From NCBI RefSeq assembly GCF_963921235.1, contig NC_086103.1:43462001-43526000 (forward strand): a DNA stretch of 64,000 nt. The letters run 5' to 3'. Position 1 is the first letter of the stretch. Each line of letters starts with the position of its first letter. A program made the position numbers and the translations under genes. The notes under the pieces were generated by a model. The model was not told where the DNA came from. It was given only the letters and a program-made list of their open reading frames with translations, and ran no database searches. The stretch is from Mobula hypostoma. Its lineage: Eukaryota. Shown piece after piece: positions 26,150 to 39,583 of the stretch.

Positions 26150-28122
26150 ATTTAACTAATCCCATTTTATTCTTCGCACATTCCCATTGACTTCCCCAAA
26201 TTCTGTCATTCACCTGCACATTCGGGACAATTTACAGGGCCAATTAACCTACTGATTTGTGCATTATAGGGAATGGAGATCACATGGAGAGCATGCAAAC
26301 TCCATGCGGGCGATCACATGGAGAGCATGCAAACTCCATGCGGGCGATTGATCACATGGAGAGCATGCAAACTCCCTGCGGGCGATTGATCACATGGAGA
26401 GCATGCAAACTCCCTGCGGACAATCGATCACATGGAGAGCATGCAAACTCCATGCGGGCGATCACATGGAGAGCATGCAAACTCCCTGCGGACAATCGAT
26501 CATATGGAGAGCATGCAAACTCCATGCAGACGATCACATGGAGAGCATGCAAACTCCATGCGGGCGATCACATGGAGAGCATGCACACTCCCTGCGGACA
26601 ATCACATGGAGAGCATGCAAACTCCATGCGGGCGATCACATGGAGACCGTGCAAACTCCCTGCAGAAGATCACATGGAGAGCACGCAAACACCCTGCAGA
26701 AGATCACAGGAAGAGCATGCAAACTCCATGCGGACAATCACATGGAGAGCATGCAAACTCCCTGCGGACGATCGATCACATTGGAGAGCGTGCAAACTCC
26801 CTGCGGACGATCGATCACATGGAGAGCATGCAAACTCCCTGCGGACGATCGATCACATTGGAGAGCGTGCAAACTCCCTGCGGACGATCGATCACATGGA
26901 GAGCATGCAAACTCCATGCGGACGATCGATCACATGGAGAGCATGCAAACTCCATGCAATCACATGGAGAGCATGCAAACTCCATGCAATCACATGGAGA
27001 GCGTGCAAACTCCATGCGGACAATCACATGGAGAGCATGCAAACTCCCTGCGGACGATCGATCACATTGGAGAGCGTGCAAACTCCCTGCGGACGATCGA
27101 TCACATGGAGAGCATGCAAACTCCCTGCGGACGATCGATCACATTGGAGAGCGTGCAAACTCCCTGCGGACGATCGATCACATGGAGAGCATGCAAACTC
27201 CATGCGGACGATCGATCACATGGAGAGCATGCAAACTCCATGCAATCACATGGAGAGCATGCAAACTCCATGCAATCACATGGAGAGCGTGCAAACTCCA
27301 TGCGGACAATCACATGGAGAGCATGCAAACTCCCTGCGGACGATCGATCACATTGGAGAGCGTGCAAACTCCCTGCGGACGATCGATCACATGGAGAGCA
27401 TGCAAACTCCATGCGGACGATCGATCACATGGAGAGCATGCAAACTCCATGCAATCACATGGAGAGCATGCAAACTCCATGCAATCACATGGAGAGTGTG
27501 CAAACTCTATGCGGACGATTGATCACATGGAGAGCATGCAAACTCCATGCAGATGATCACATGGAGAGCATGCAAACTCCATGCGGACGATCGATCACAT
27601 GGAGAGCATGCAAACTCCATGCGGACGATCGATCACATGGAGAGCATGCAAACTCCATGCGGACGATCACATGGAGAGCATGCAAACTCCATGCAGATGA
27701 TCACATAGAGAGCATGCAAACTCCATGCGGACGATCGATCACATGGAGAGCATGCAAACTCCATGCAATCACATGGAGAGCGTGCAAACTCTATGCGGAC
27801 GATCGATCACATGGAGAGCATGCAAACTCCATGCAGATGATCACATGGAGAGCATGCAAACTCCATGCAGATGATCACATAGAGAGCATGCAAACTCCAT
27901 GCGGACGATCGATCACATGGAGAGCATGCAAACTCCATGCGGACGATCACATGGAGAGCATGCAAACTCCATGCAATCACATGGAGAGCGTGCAAACTCT
28001 ATGCGGATGATCGATCACATGGAGAGCATGCAAACTCCATGCGGACAACTCCATAGTTCAGGATTGAGCCTGGGTCACTATTACTGTGAAGCAACTACTT
28101 CACTAGCTGCACCAGTGTCCTA
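26150..28122 (-). mobile_element. V-SINE/HE1-like SINE split by internal tandem amplification
   Basis: Left flank acctgcacattcgggacaatttacagggccaattaacctac and right flank tcaggattgagcctgggtcact...tgtgaagcaac (tRNA-like head in reverse) resemble elasmobranch V-SINEs. Recognised from memory, not by alignment. Confidence 0.65.
26277..28048. repeat. Minisatellite, 30-39-bp monomers (atcacatggagagcatgcaaactccatgc[ggacgatcg]), about 50 copies, with a 286-bp higher-order unit
   Basis: Directly visible; higher-order register marked by ggaCAATCAC at 26735, 27021 and 27307. Confidence 0.98.
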
Positions 28123-28280
28123 CCCTGTTGGACCACCATTTTGAAGAGGTAATAAATAGAGGACTACATAAATCCAAGTAATTAAGGATGCATGTTTCTT
28201 TGTATTATTAATACATAATGTGTGTCTAATTATATTTAGCAATAATTTAAGTGCAGAATACCTTTTTTTTTGTAAAACAG

Positions 28281-28390
28281 CAGGATTAGAGGATTCTGAA
28301 AAAGGCCCCAGAACTAAAGATGAAACTTCCTCTCCAACCAGTGGGGCATTTGGGATGTTTTCTACCATTACCACTGCAGTTCAGAACACA
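28281..28390 (+). CDS. FAM114A2: FAM114A2 coding exon 4
   Basis: ...SGAFGMFSTITTAVQNT; CAGCAG acceptor (start 28281 or 28284); donor GTGAGT. Confidence 0.9.
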
Positions 28391-28788
28391 GTGAGTGGTT
28401 TAATTAATGTTAATAACATTTAAATGTCTAATTATCTCTAGTAATAACTTTGTTTTAGAAAACTGAATTGTAACTCTTTTTCTTATTGCAGCTCCCCAAA
28501 TTCCTAATTCTTTTCGTCTGCTTTTAATGAAATTGGTTCCTTTCAAATTGATTTTTTTTCTATAATGTGGTTTAAATTTCACATTGTCATGAAATAATTC
28601 CATAACTATCTAAAATATTGGAACTATTTCTATGATTAATTATTTGATTAATATGGATAGCAATAAAATTTACTCAATACTTTTAAAGATGCATTGTTAA
28701 TCAAAAGCTGCAGATGCTGCAGGATTTCTCTTGGCCCTCCCAGTTATTATTGTAATATTCATTGTGGTTCCAGATAAGGCCTGTATTA

Positions 28789-28970
28789 CATAGAAACATA
28801 GAAAATAGGTGCAGGAGTAGGCCATTCGGCCCTTCAAGCCTGCACCGCCATTTATTATGATCATGGCTGATCATCCAACTCAGAACCCTGCCCTAGCCTT
28901 CCCTCCATACCCCCTGACCCCCGTAGCCACAAGGGCCATATCTAACTCCCTCTTAAATATAGCCAATGAA
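28789..28970 (-). mobile_element. CR1 3' end fragment
   Basis: Nearly identical to 22201-22380. Confidence 0.9.
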
Positions 28971-29252
28971 CAACCCAGAAAAAAAATGTATGGTGTTATT
29001 TTAGAATTTAAGCCGTCATACATTATGGAACATTGTACTGAAATAAGTATGAAGGGAATATTTACATTTTTGACAAAAATTTACTTAAAAGTTGAAGTAT
29101 CTGAGAGGGCAGTTGGTTTCATGTTCTCTTGTGCTGTAGACACAAAGCTTTAAAAGCCTTTAATATTCATATGTACTCTGACTATTCATTGAAAGCATTT
29201 AACGATGAGGTTTTTTTTACATATTTATGCTATGCAGTATTAATATTGATAA

Positions 29253-29414
<162 letters not shown>

Positions 29415-29624
29415 TGATTAAATTTAAATTTTTTTTTTAGTTTTATAAGTATCTGAACATGTCATGGGAAAGATTCATTGTGATGTGACTGATGCAGCCA
29501 TGGCACTTTCCATATTTTATCATATAACGTTAAGGAAGGAGATGTTAGGCATGCTCTGTCTTCATCAATGGTACTGAGGTTGAGAGTTTGAAGTCCAATA
29601 GCCTGACCTGGTCCAACCACGTAG

Positions 29625-30185
29625 ACGCTACAGCCAAGAAAGCTCATCAACACCTCAGTCTCCTCAGGAGGTAAAAGAAATCTGGCTTGTTACCATCAAC
29701 CCTTGCCAATTTTTATTGAAGCACCTATCTGGATGTATCATGACATAGTGTGGCAGTTTCTCTGCCAACAACCACAAGAAACTGCAGCATGTCGTGGACA
29801 CAGCTGTCCATATTTCTCATTGCCTTGGGAAAGTATCCAATATAATCAAAGATATTGCCTGCCCTGGACATTCATCCACCTTCCTTCTTCCATCATGCAG
29901 AATGTACAAAAGCCTGAAAGCACAGTCCATCAGGTTCAAGGAGCATTTCTATCCTGCTGTTATAAGACTATTGAATGGTCTCCTGACTCCTGACCTCACA
30001 GCCTACCTCATTATGATCTGGAAGCTTTATTATCTACCTGCACTGTACTTGCTCTGTAACTGTTCCACTTTATTCTGCATTCTATTATTGTTTTACCTCA
30101 TAGTACCTCAATGCACTTTGTAATAATTTCATCTGTGTGAACAGTATGCAAGACAAGTTTTTCACTGAACCCACAATAATAGACC
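29625..30185 (+). mobile_element. Rex/Babar-type LINE 3' remnant
   Basis: Degenerate KKAHQ.L..LRR and LLPS.RMYKSLKA...RFKEHFYPAVIRLLN. Confidence 0.7.
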
Positions 30186-30983
30186 AATTCTAATATTTAC
30201 GATCTTACTTAATCTTAATTGCAAATGTTTGTGCAGGTGTATGACTGTTCCTAAGGAAATGTGCATTGATTTCCAGAGCAGACAGAACTTGCCTGAGAAC
30301 ACCTCCAAAGGCTTTTTGTTTGCATTAGATAAGTCTTCTCTAGTAGTGGCATAGTGTGGAAGATTTGTTTTATTCTTTTCAGCATTGGGTCTTTGATTTA
30401 TGTTATTTTTCTAAGTGAAAATTTTTCATTGTTTTTTATTGGGACTGTTTCCATAGAAATCAAAATTTAGTATGCATATATTTATGCTTTTTAATATATG
30501 GACTGATCCACATTTTTAGCTGTATAATTTTCAAGTAAGATGAGTTGAGTATTGAAAATTGGGATGATGTATTCGGATATCTCTAGGTATCAGAATCATG
30601 TGAAGGGAAAGTCAGAAGTACAATGGCAGTGGGAAGGATGGATAACCCAGAGGTGTAACAAAGTTTGCTAGTTTAAGAAGCACAGTCTTTGGATGTTTGT
30701 AATGGCAAGGATAATTAAGCAGCAGGGGGAAGGGAATGGAAAATGACATGCTATATGACAATAGCCAGAGAGGTTTCTTGTGCTCGTACATTTGATGACA
30801 TTCAGTGTGGGAATAATTGTTGAAAGGTGGCTACAGCAAAAAAGAGTTGGTAAATGACACTGAAGAAAGTAATAAGATAGTATTTTGTACTTGGGAATAC
30901 TATTTTAGAATTTCTTGAGCATTTTTTTTAGTCATTCATATTATAACATTCAACTGAAATAATTGTAAACAGGAGGTGGTCTG

Positions 30984-31120
30984 ATGCTGGAAGCACATGC
31001 AAATGCTGGAGGAACTCAGCAGGTCAGGCAGCATCTAGGGAAATGAGTAAGCAGTCACTGTTTTGGGCCGAGACCCTTTTTCAGGACTGGCATGGAAGGG
31101 AAAAGAAGCCAGAATAAAAT
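30984..31120 (-). mobile_element. Short Penelope-derived element
   Basis: aaatgctggaggaactcagcaggtcaggcagcatcta...gggccgagaccct...caggact matches 4750-4845. Confidence 0.8.
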
Positions 31121-31294
31121 CTAGGGGCATGTTGAGGTTGCATGCAAAAATGGAAATATTTATTAGTATTATAAATTTCAGACAACCATTCCCTTGAAGA
31201 TTAATCAACTGCGTAAGCAATAAATTTCATATTCATTCCACTTTCCTATACAGAATACTGTCTTGAGATTGTTCTGCTTGAATTTTCTCTGTAG

Positions 31295-31594
<300 letters not shown>

Positions 31595-31775
31595 TAGTAT
31601 ATTTTGTGATTAAGTTTAAATTTGTTAATTTTGCTAATATTGAGAATGTACATTTGTTGCGCATATATTTTAATGTGCTCTGTGTACCTGTAGATTTCAT
31701 TAAGGTGTAAAATATTGTTTTAGCATACCCACTGCTGATCATATTCACTCAAGAAATGTTCATTACTTTCCATAG

Positions 31776-31943
<168 letters not shown>

Positions 31944-32352
31944 TGACTATTTTCCTCAGCCTGTTCATAATCTTTATTAGTTTGAAATGATTTGTGTTAT
32001 CCATAACTTTAAAGAAAAAACCTTACTACCTTTTATATTCAGTACCCTGTTTATAAAATTGTCCCATGTCCTTTTTTAATTACCTTATCAACTTGCTAAA
32101 ACTCCTTTGAGATAACTTGTGAATACTTGGACTCTGTCTGTACAATTGTCATATGAACAGGTTTTCAGTTATATTGCCTCTCTGTATTGTGCCTCTTTAA
32201 ACAGGAATATTATGTCCGTCAGTCTTTTGGAGCTATTTTGTCTATTGACTGAATGCCTCAGAGCAAATAAGAATAAGTGATAAATACTGCTTTGTCAGTT
32301 TCACCCTGAGAATAAATGTCTTCCATAGCTGAAGGTTATTTTGGTTTTGCAG

Positions 32353-32438
32353 GAGATGATGGGTCTGGATTTGTAAAAGAAATATCTGATTTGTTATCAG
32401 AGCTGCATGTAGCTGTGACATCTGACAAACTGGGCAAA
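32353..32438 (+). CDS. FAM114A2: FAM114A2 coding exon 8
   Basis: (G)DDGSGFVKEISDLLSELHVAVTSDKLGK; donor GTAAGT. Confidence 0.93.
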
Positions 32439-32950
32439 GTAAGTGTATATTGATTTCTCTGTCACCAAAGTAATTTTATTGGTGTAGTTTCCTGCAGCTT
32501 CAGTTCTTTTATGGGGGGGAAACAATTCAATTATTGTAAGTGGGTGTAGAGTGTTTCAGTTATTGATATGGTTTTAATCGGATAACAAACTGAAGCTAAT
32601 AAGCAACCATTTGTAAGCCAAATTTTGCACATTTTGCCTGGCATTTACAGAATAATATTATTCTATGTTTTTGAGAACAAATATTCTTTAAGTTCATAAT
32701 GAATCAGGTGGCATGTTTCTGTATTTAAGTTACTTGATTTTAAAAAGAATCACCAATTATTTTTATCATGCTGAATTAAGTAGCACAGAATCCTTTCCGT
32801 GTTTGGCAACATGACATTTTTATTTTATTAATGTTGGCACAACATATTTTATTAATGTTGGCATAACATCTTGATGTGCTTCATGTTAAATCTTTGGGGA
32901 AGTTATGTTCTCTTGTGTTCTGAATTACTCAAAATTTCTGTTTGTTTCAG

Positions 32951-33097
32951 GCTAGAAAGAATGCAAATGATTGTTTAATTGAAGTAAACTCTCTCTCACT
33001 GGTACAAATAGAAATGGCATCAGAAGATGAAGAGAAAGAAGGACAGAATGAGAAATCTACATCTGGTTTGCACCAAGATCACAAAATTTCAGTTGAG
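32951..33097 (+). CDS. FAM114A2: FAM114A2 coding exon 9
   Basis: ARKNANDCLIEVN...KISVE; phase 0/0. Confidence 0.88.
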
Positions 33098-33457
33098 GTA
33101 ATGTATTAGTGGCCACTTTTATAATTTCAGGAGAAAGCTTAACCTATTACGTAAATAACAAATGCTAATTCTTTTACGTATGGTTCAGTATGCATCATTC
33201 TTAAACCACAAATACTTATGTACATCAAATTCACTAATCTTTTTGTATTTTTGTGTTGGTTTAGTCTTTTCCCGTCCTGAAGTGTTAGATAAAAGGGAAA
33301 ATAAATTTTGCAATCAAATTTCAATCTGTTTTGTGGTTTTCCAATAAAATAGTTTGGTTTGCTTTTTCTTGATTGTAAATATTAATTGAGCACAGGAAAA
33401 TTACACTTGGTGTTCTAACTCAAATTTTGATTTTATTTATGTCTCTGTACTTCACAG

Positions 33458-33597
33458 AATATCCATACATTTGCTGTCAGAAGTTTGGCAGAACTCACTG
33501 CTAGGTCCATTGAACAGTTCCATAAAGTGGCAGAACTAATTCTTCACAGCCAGAACCAGGATGTGGGGATATTGGACCGTGCCAAAACTCTATCTAA
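33458..33597 (+). CDS. FAM114A2: FAM114A2 coding exon 10
   Basis: NIHTFAVRSLAELTARSIEQFHKVAELILH...RAKTLS. Confidence 0.95.
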
Positions 33598-34420
33598 GTA
33601 TGAAATTTTTAAACGTTTCATAAAATGCACAAAAGAGACTCACTTCAGGATCTTAATGATGGTTAGCTAGTGCAAGTAGAATCATGTGTACTTTAAAAGA
33701 AGACTGATACTATGAATCCTAGTTTTGCCACTATTGTATTTGTGCAAGAACAGTATAACTTGGGAGTTTCATATACCAACAGATGAACTTGGTCTTGGAT
33801 GATACATTATTTGTTTCTAAATTGACAATCCATTTGCATGCTGGCAAATAATTATTACCAAGGGCATGATATTAGGCTGGATGCCAATTTTTATCACTTG
33901 TGCCAAGACCTAGTTTCATTTTGTGAATCATTTCAGGGTGTCAGGTAAATAAAGCCAATAAAATGGTCAATAATATTTTGAATGACATAATTGATCATGA
34001 GTTCCTTGGAGAGTAAATAAATTTCAATGCCATATGCCTAAGCCACGTTTCTGGTTCTGAGGATTCTGTTGTAGAAAGGATACTTAAATGTGTAAAATGC
34101 ACTGAACCTTAAAAATACTGTGATTTTTAGTCTCAGTTATCTAATTTGTCAATGACCAGATTTTTTTTTAAGGTAACACATCATATACTTTGCCTACCTG
34201 GATAGGGTTTATCCATTAAGGTAGACCTTTGTCAGTGCAAAGAAACTTGCAATATACTGTATCATTCAAATGTTTATTATTACATGCTGAGTTACTCCTA
34301 CTCTCTCACCTCCTTCAAATGAATGATAAGATATAATGTTAAGAATGGAAGGAAATGATCTGTAGAGTTGCAATACTTAATTGTCGAGCATTATTTCCTA
34401 ATTTCATTTTTTCTTTACAG

Positions 34421-34493
34421 ATTGACTGTTGTCTTGTGTAAGGAAGTGGCTGTCCTTTCTAAACAGTTTACGACTTGTTTAACAACGATAGGG
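34421..34493 (+). CDS. FAM114A2: FAM114A2 coding exon 11
   Basis: LTVVLCKEVAVLSKQFTTCLTTIG. Confidence 0.94.
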
Positions 34494-34870
34494 GTAAGAA
34501 GCAACTTTTTCTCTTGCAGGAGTTTTTATAAAATCTGTTGATGAGGATGGTGATGTAATATAGAAATCACACCTAATGACGTCTCAGTTGGCTTTGCATT
34601 GCATTGTTTGACCTCAATCATCTTGGCTATTTGGGATGTTGCATTAGCTGAATTTATTTGTGAAAACCTCTGGTGGATGGAAGAAAGTAGTAAGAGTGAT
34701 AATTTTTGTGCACATTTCAATGAAGCACAGAATACTTGTTGGACTCTCATTCTAGATTTGTTTGTTTAAATTTCTTAAGCATGATTTAGTTATAAAATAA
34801 TATGTATATATTGACTTCCAATTTTTTATTCTATTTTAATATAAAACATATTCATTTAATTTCTCTACAG

Positions 34871-34924
34871 GTTAAAGAGAAGGCAGATGTTCTTAATCCG
34901 TTAATTACTGGAGTATTTTTGGAG
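34871..34924 (+). CDS. FAM114A2: FAM114A2 coding exon 12
   Basis: VKEKADVLNPLITGVFLE. Confidence 0.95.
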
Positions 34925-36547
34925 GTAAATTTCTTTCAATTAGTGAGTTCAGACAACTTTTTACCGATTTAGTTAATAAACTAATGTAAACCAAAATTCC
35001 AATACTTATGCACATAGTTGACTAAACTTTAGATCTGCTGATTTAAAACAGAAAATTATACATAGATTAAAAATAAACAAACATATGATCCTTGTGAATG
35101 TTGCATTATGTTGGAAGTGCCTTCTCAAATCAGATGTTAAATCAAGATGCCACCCAGCTAATATATCTAGAAATAAACATTCCTCGGAATTATTTCAAGA
35201 AGGGATGTTCTGGCCAAAATTGCACCCATTAACACCACTAAAAATCAGTGTAACTGATCATTTATTCATATATGATTTTAGATTTTTGCTGTGTCCAAAT
35301 CAGATTTCTGTTTCTTGTAAGTAACATTAACTATATTTAAGCAAAATCTCATTGGCCAAAACCAAAGCCCAAATGACATACATGTTGCTATGTAAATAAG
35401 GTATTCTTAGTAACTAACATTTAGTTGGAATCCAAACTATTAATTTATGAATTTTACTTTCACAATTAAAAATCATTCATCGGTTTTAGTAGCAGATTGA
35501 ACTACAGTGTCTTTTTGGATAATAACAGAAATATATTTAGTGGTCATTATTGCTTTGGAAATCATACTTTGCATGTGTTGAGTGATTACACTTCAAAAAG
35601 CCATCACAGGATACAACCACCCAAAGGAGTATTTAACTGATATAAATGCAAAGTTTTCCAAAACATCAAGGATGATTTGGGTAATTTTTATTATAGATCG
35701 TTGCATATTACAGTATATAACAACTTGAAAATTTGAATTCTACAACAAGCTTCTGAGATAGCATGTATATCAGCACAACATAAGTAGGAAGCATAGGCCA
35801 TTCAGCTCCTCTTGTCGCTCTACCATTTTGTGAAATCATACCTGACTTTTTTTGTTTCAGTGCCACTTTTCTACATAACCCCATATATTTTAAGCCTTTA
35901 ATATTTTTTTAAACTTTCAAATTATGTCTAAAATGTACTCATTAGCTCATCTACAGTACTCTTGGGTAGAGAATTACAAAGATTTATTACCCTCTGGGTG
36001 AAGAAATTTCTAATAGATTCTGTCCTGTATAATTTACTCCTATTTTAAGTCTGTGACTGAATTCAAGATGCCATTGGTAGGAAAACACCGAAACTCCACA
36101 TCGAGTCATTCAAGCTCTTTAAGAATTTTGTATGTTTCATTGAGGTTCAGTCATATTCTTTTAAGCTGGAAAGAGTATTGGTGCAGTCTGTTTAATTTCT
36201 TATTGTCCTACAAGCTTACCATCTCAGAATTCAATGTGATGCATGTTCACTATGATCCTTAAACACAGGAATTGCTAGGAAAACTCACCAGGTCAAACAT
36301 CATCTGTACAGAAAGAAATAGTTAATATTTTGGGTCAGTGGCCTAACCAGGCTATATGTCATACTGATCACAGATGTACAACATAATGACGACTTTCCAG
36401 TTTATTTTGTTTCTCATTTTCCCTTCAACCTTTGCAAGTGAGGTTTCCACAAAAGAGAAAAATAAGGTGATACTATAGTATGTTTATTTAAAATTTGTGA
36501 TCTCTGCATCATGGAATTTAGTAAAATTGATCTTGCAGCATGAATAA

Positions 36548-36760
<213 letters not shown>

Positions 36761-39573
36761 TGACTGGCTTAATTTACTTCGCAATGAAATTTTTTTAAAC
36801 CTGTGAATTTTATCACAAAAAAATCATCTATCAATGTGGATTGTTTTAAGATGCATTTTGTAACACTCAAAATGTTTTTTGAGAGGGGGCAGGGAGATCA
36901 TTTCTGGATGAATTGCTTTTCTCTAAAAATCCATTGCTGTATGAATGTAAAGTATTGGGTCATAATCTCCAGCATATAATATTATGGTTTCTTTCTATGC
37001 ATTAAAGAAAATTTCCTGTTTCTCATAATTACTTTCAGAATGATTGCTGAGGAACAAAAATTATAGAAGTATAATAGCAATGTTATTTTTCATTACTGAT
37101 CTTTCTACAGAGTGAAATGTATATTGGCTAATACTACATGTAAATTAGAAAATAATTCAGAGAATATTTAAGTGGAAATGCTGTGCCACAAATTATGTTG
37201 TTTACCAGTGGCTGGTCATTTGACCAAATACCATTTTATGCACTTCTATATTTTTTTTTATCATTGCCTCCAAAACTTTTCAAACAAATTCACAAATGGT
37301 AACGAGCAGATTAATGTGAAAACTATGCTGTGGAGTATAACTGAGTATGCAGCACTTTCATTTGTGCTTTTCTACATATCACTCTAATGTAATATACTTT
37401 GTACTTAAAGCACTATAGCTTATTCTTTGAAGTATGCATTTTGCCATTTAAAGAAATATTCTGAGAGATAAGATGAGGTGGTTTATAAATCCAATGGTTT
37501 TTATTTAATAATTTGTAGGGATAATATATTGCTAGTATCTTTGCAATATTATTCATTGCCTGCAAAGGATGATGCCAGTGAAAATAGGAATGAGTTTTGA
37601 GATTTATTTTGTGCATTATTATCAACCATTGTTTACTATCATAAGTGTACTTAACACTTAATGGGCAAGCAGCAACATCCTGGTATCCGGCTGCTTGAGA
37701 TCTCATTTCCTGTCATTTACTTGAGTTCATAATTACATTTTTCATGAAGTAAACTATTTGTTATGCTTAATTAGGTCTAACATCACCTGGAGGAAATAGT
37801 GTACAATTTAACTGTATTTCCAGTTTTGGACACTGAATAGCCATCAGAATAGAACAATACACATGTAACTTCAGTTCTCCAGTATTTAGTATATTCCTAT
37901 AATGTCAGTGATTTTTATTGCTGATGTGCATTTCTCATAATTAAATTTTTTTAAACCTGTAAGTTTATAATTTATTGGGCTGCATTTTGTTTGTAATAAC
38001 TTTTGAGAGCCTTTTCACAAATGCCGCCTTTTAAAAGTACAAATAGTTGCTTCCAAATTTTTGACACATCAAACTTTAGGTTAAAAGCTTTAAAATGGAC
38101 CTTTTGTAAACAATCAAATTGTAAATATTAAAGTTTCTGATAACTATTTTGATCATTTGAGAGTTAGTCAGGATCTGACTGTTCTAGTCACTTGTCTAGT
38201 TTGTAAACCACCTGCTGGTAATGAAATGCCAAGTATACTCAGAAGCCACTAAATAGAGAATTTATTTGAGTTTCACTTAATAAATCAGTGTGTATTAATT
38301 ACAAATGGAGTGAATTTGGCTGTCGATTTGTATGCTGATATCGATCAGTTGAATTTGAGTGTCAAAGCTAAATAGGTCTATGGATAGATGGTAAGATGCC
38401 AGAGGCTAATTGGTTCAGGCCACAAAAATCACGCTGCACCTACTTTAAATATGTTATGCTTTTGCATCTTTGTATATTCATTATAAATTCCCTTGTTCAC
38501 ATATGTAGAAGTTGTCTATGAGACATGAACTTTGAACTGTTTGAAACTCAGGATGACTCAGTTCTTCAGCTAGTTAAATTCTTCAGATGTTGCCATTGTG
38601 ATTGTCAACTGAAATGTGGCAAGATCTTAAAAATGGCAAAGGTATCAAATGTGTTTGATATTGGTTGAGGGAGAGATACTGTCCAGAACATCCCACTTCT
38701 TCAATTAGGGCCACGGAACTTTAACATTTGCCACAGAGGATCTGAGTTTGTCACAGTGAAGAGACACCTCCTTTGACACTGTCTTTTTATTGAACTTTAG
38801 AGTCATCCTAAAATAAATGTTAAGGTGTGTGAAATGTAGCTCAGGTTTGCAACTATCCTACTCTGGTGGACCCTTTACTTGGCATGCTGTAAATACAGTG
38901 TCACTGATAGAGCATCAGATGTGGACCCATTAAACTCTTAATGGGTCATATCTCCCAAGTTTCCAATGGGTGGTGTCTTTTTTCAGTTGACCGGTTTGCA
39001 GCAACTCGAATGAACCGGAGTAGCTCAGCAGCAAAGCATTTTGTATACTATGCTGTTGGAATCTTTAGTGATCCAAGGTTTTCAGTGCACTTGGTTAGTG
39101 AGCATTGAAATGCTTCTGACAGCACAAAGGAATAAGGTCTTGGATCAGTCTTTGACTTGGAAGCTACGTCGAGCTAATGTCAGGGAAGGAATACAATGTT
39201 GACCTCTGGTTCTGCAGTTGGTAGGGGATATAGAATGCAAAGTACAGTAATATTTTAATAATCTTGCTCTCAGGTGACTGACAAAAACATCTGAGGACTC
39301 TCAGCTGTGACATTATTCAGGATAGGGTGGGTCACAGAGATCCCCCCCCATTGCCAAATAACATCACCATGAGAAAAGCATCCAAGCATTTTGGTGTCAC
39401 CAAAGGAGACCAGACATCCACCCATCAAAGCAGAGGTGGTTTGTCATATGACTTCTCCAGTAACCCCTCTTCCACATCCCAAGCCCCAGGGCACGAGATG
39501 TTTGATTCGGTAGGGTAGCTTGCCACAGCCAGCCAGCCAAACTATAGGCAAATCATGGGGAAACACTTAGTCC

Positions 39574-39583
39574 AATAAATAAA
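39574..39583 (+). terminator. Candidate distal poly(A) signal of FAM114A2 (overlapping AATAAATAAA)
   Basis: Double AATAAA followed by T/GT-rich sequence at the end of a repeat-poor stretch. Other candidates at ~37001 (ATTAAA), ~38279 and ~38812. Confidence 0.35.

Noticed and set aside
26257-28144. Long ORFs of 374-538 aa
   Set aside because: They are by-products of a stop-poor minisatellite: all three frames give the same peptide motifs, and the region is intronic.
32820-32870. Small tandem duplication (tttattaatgttggca.aacat x2)
   Set aside because: Ordinary local intronic duplication.
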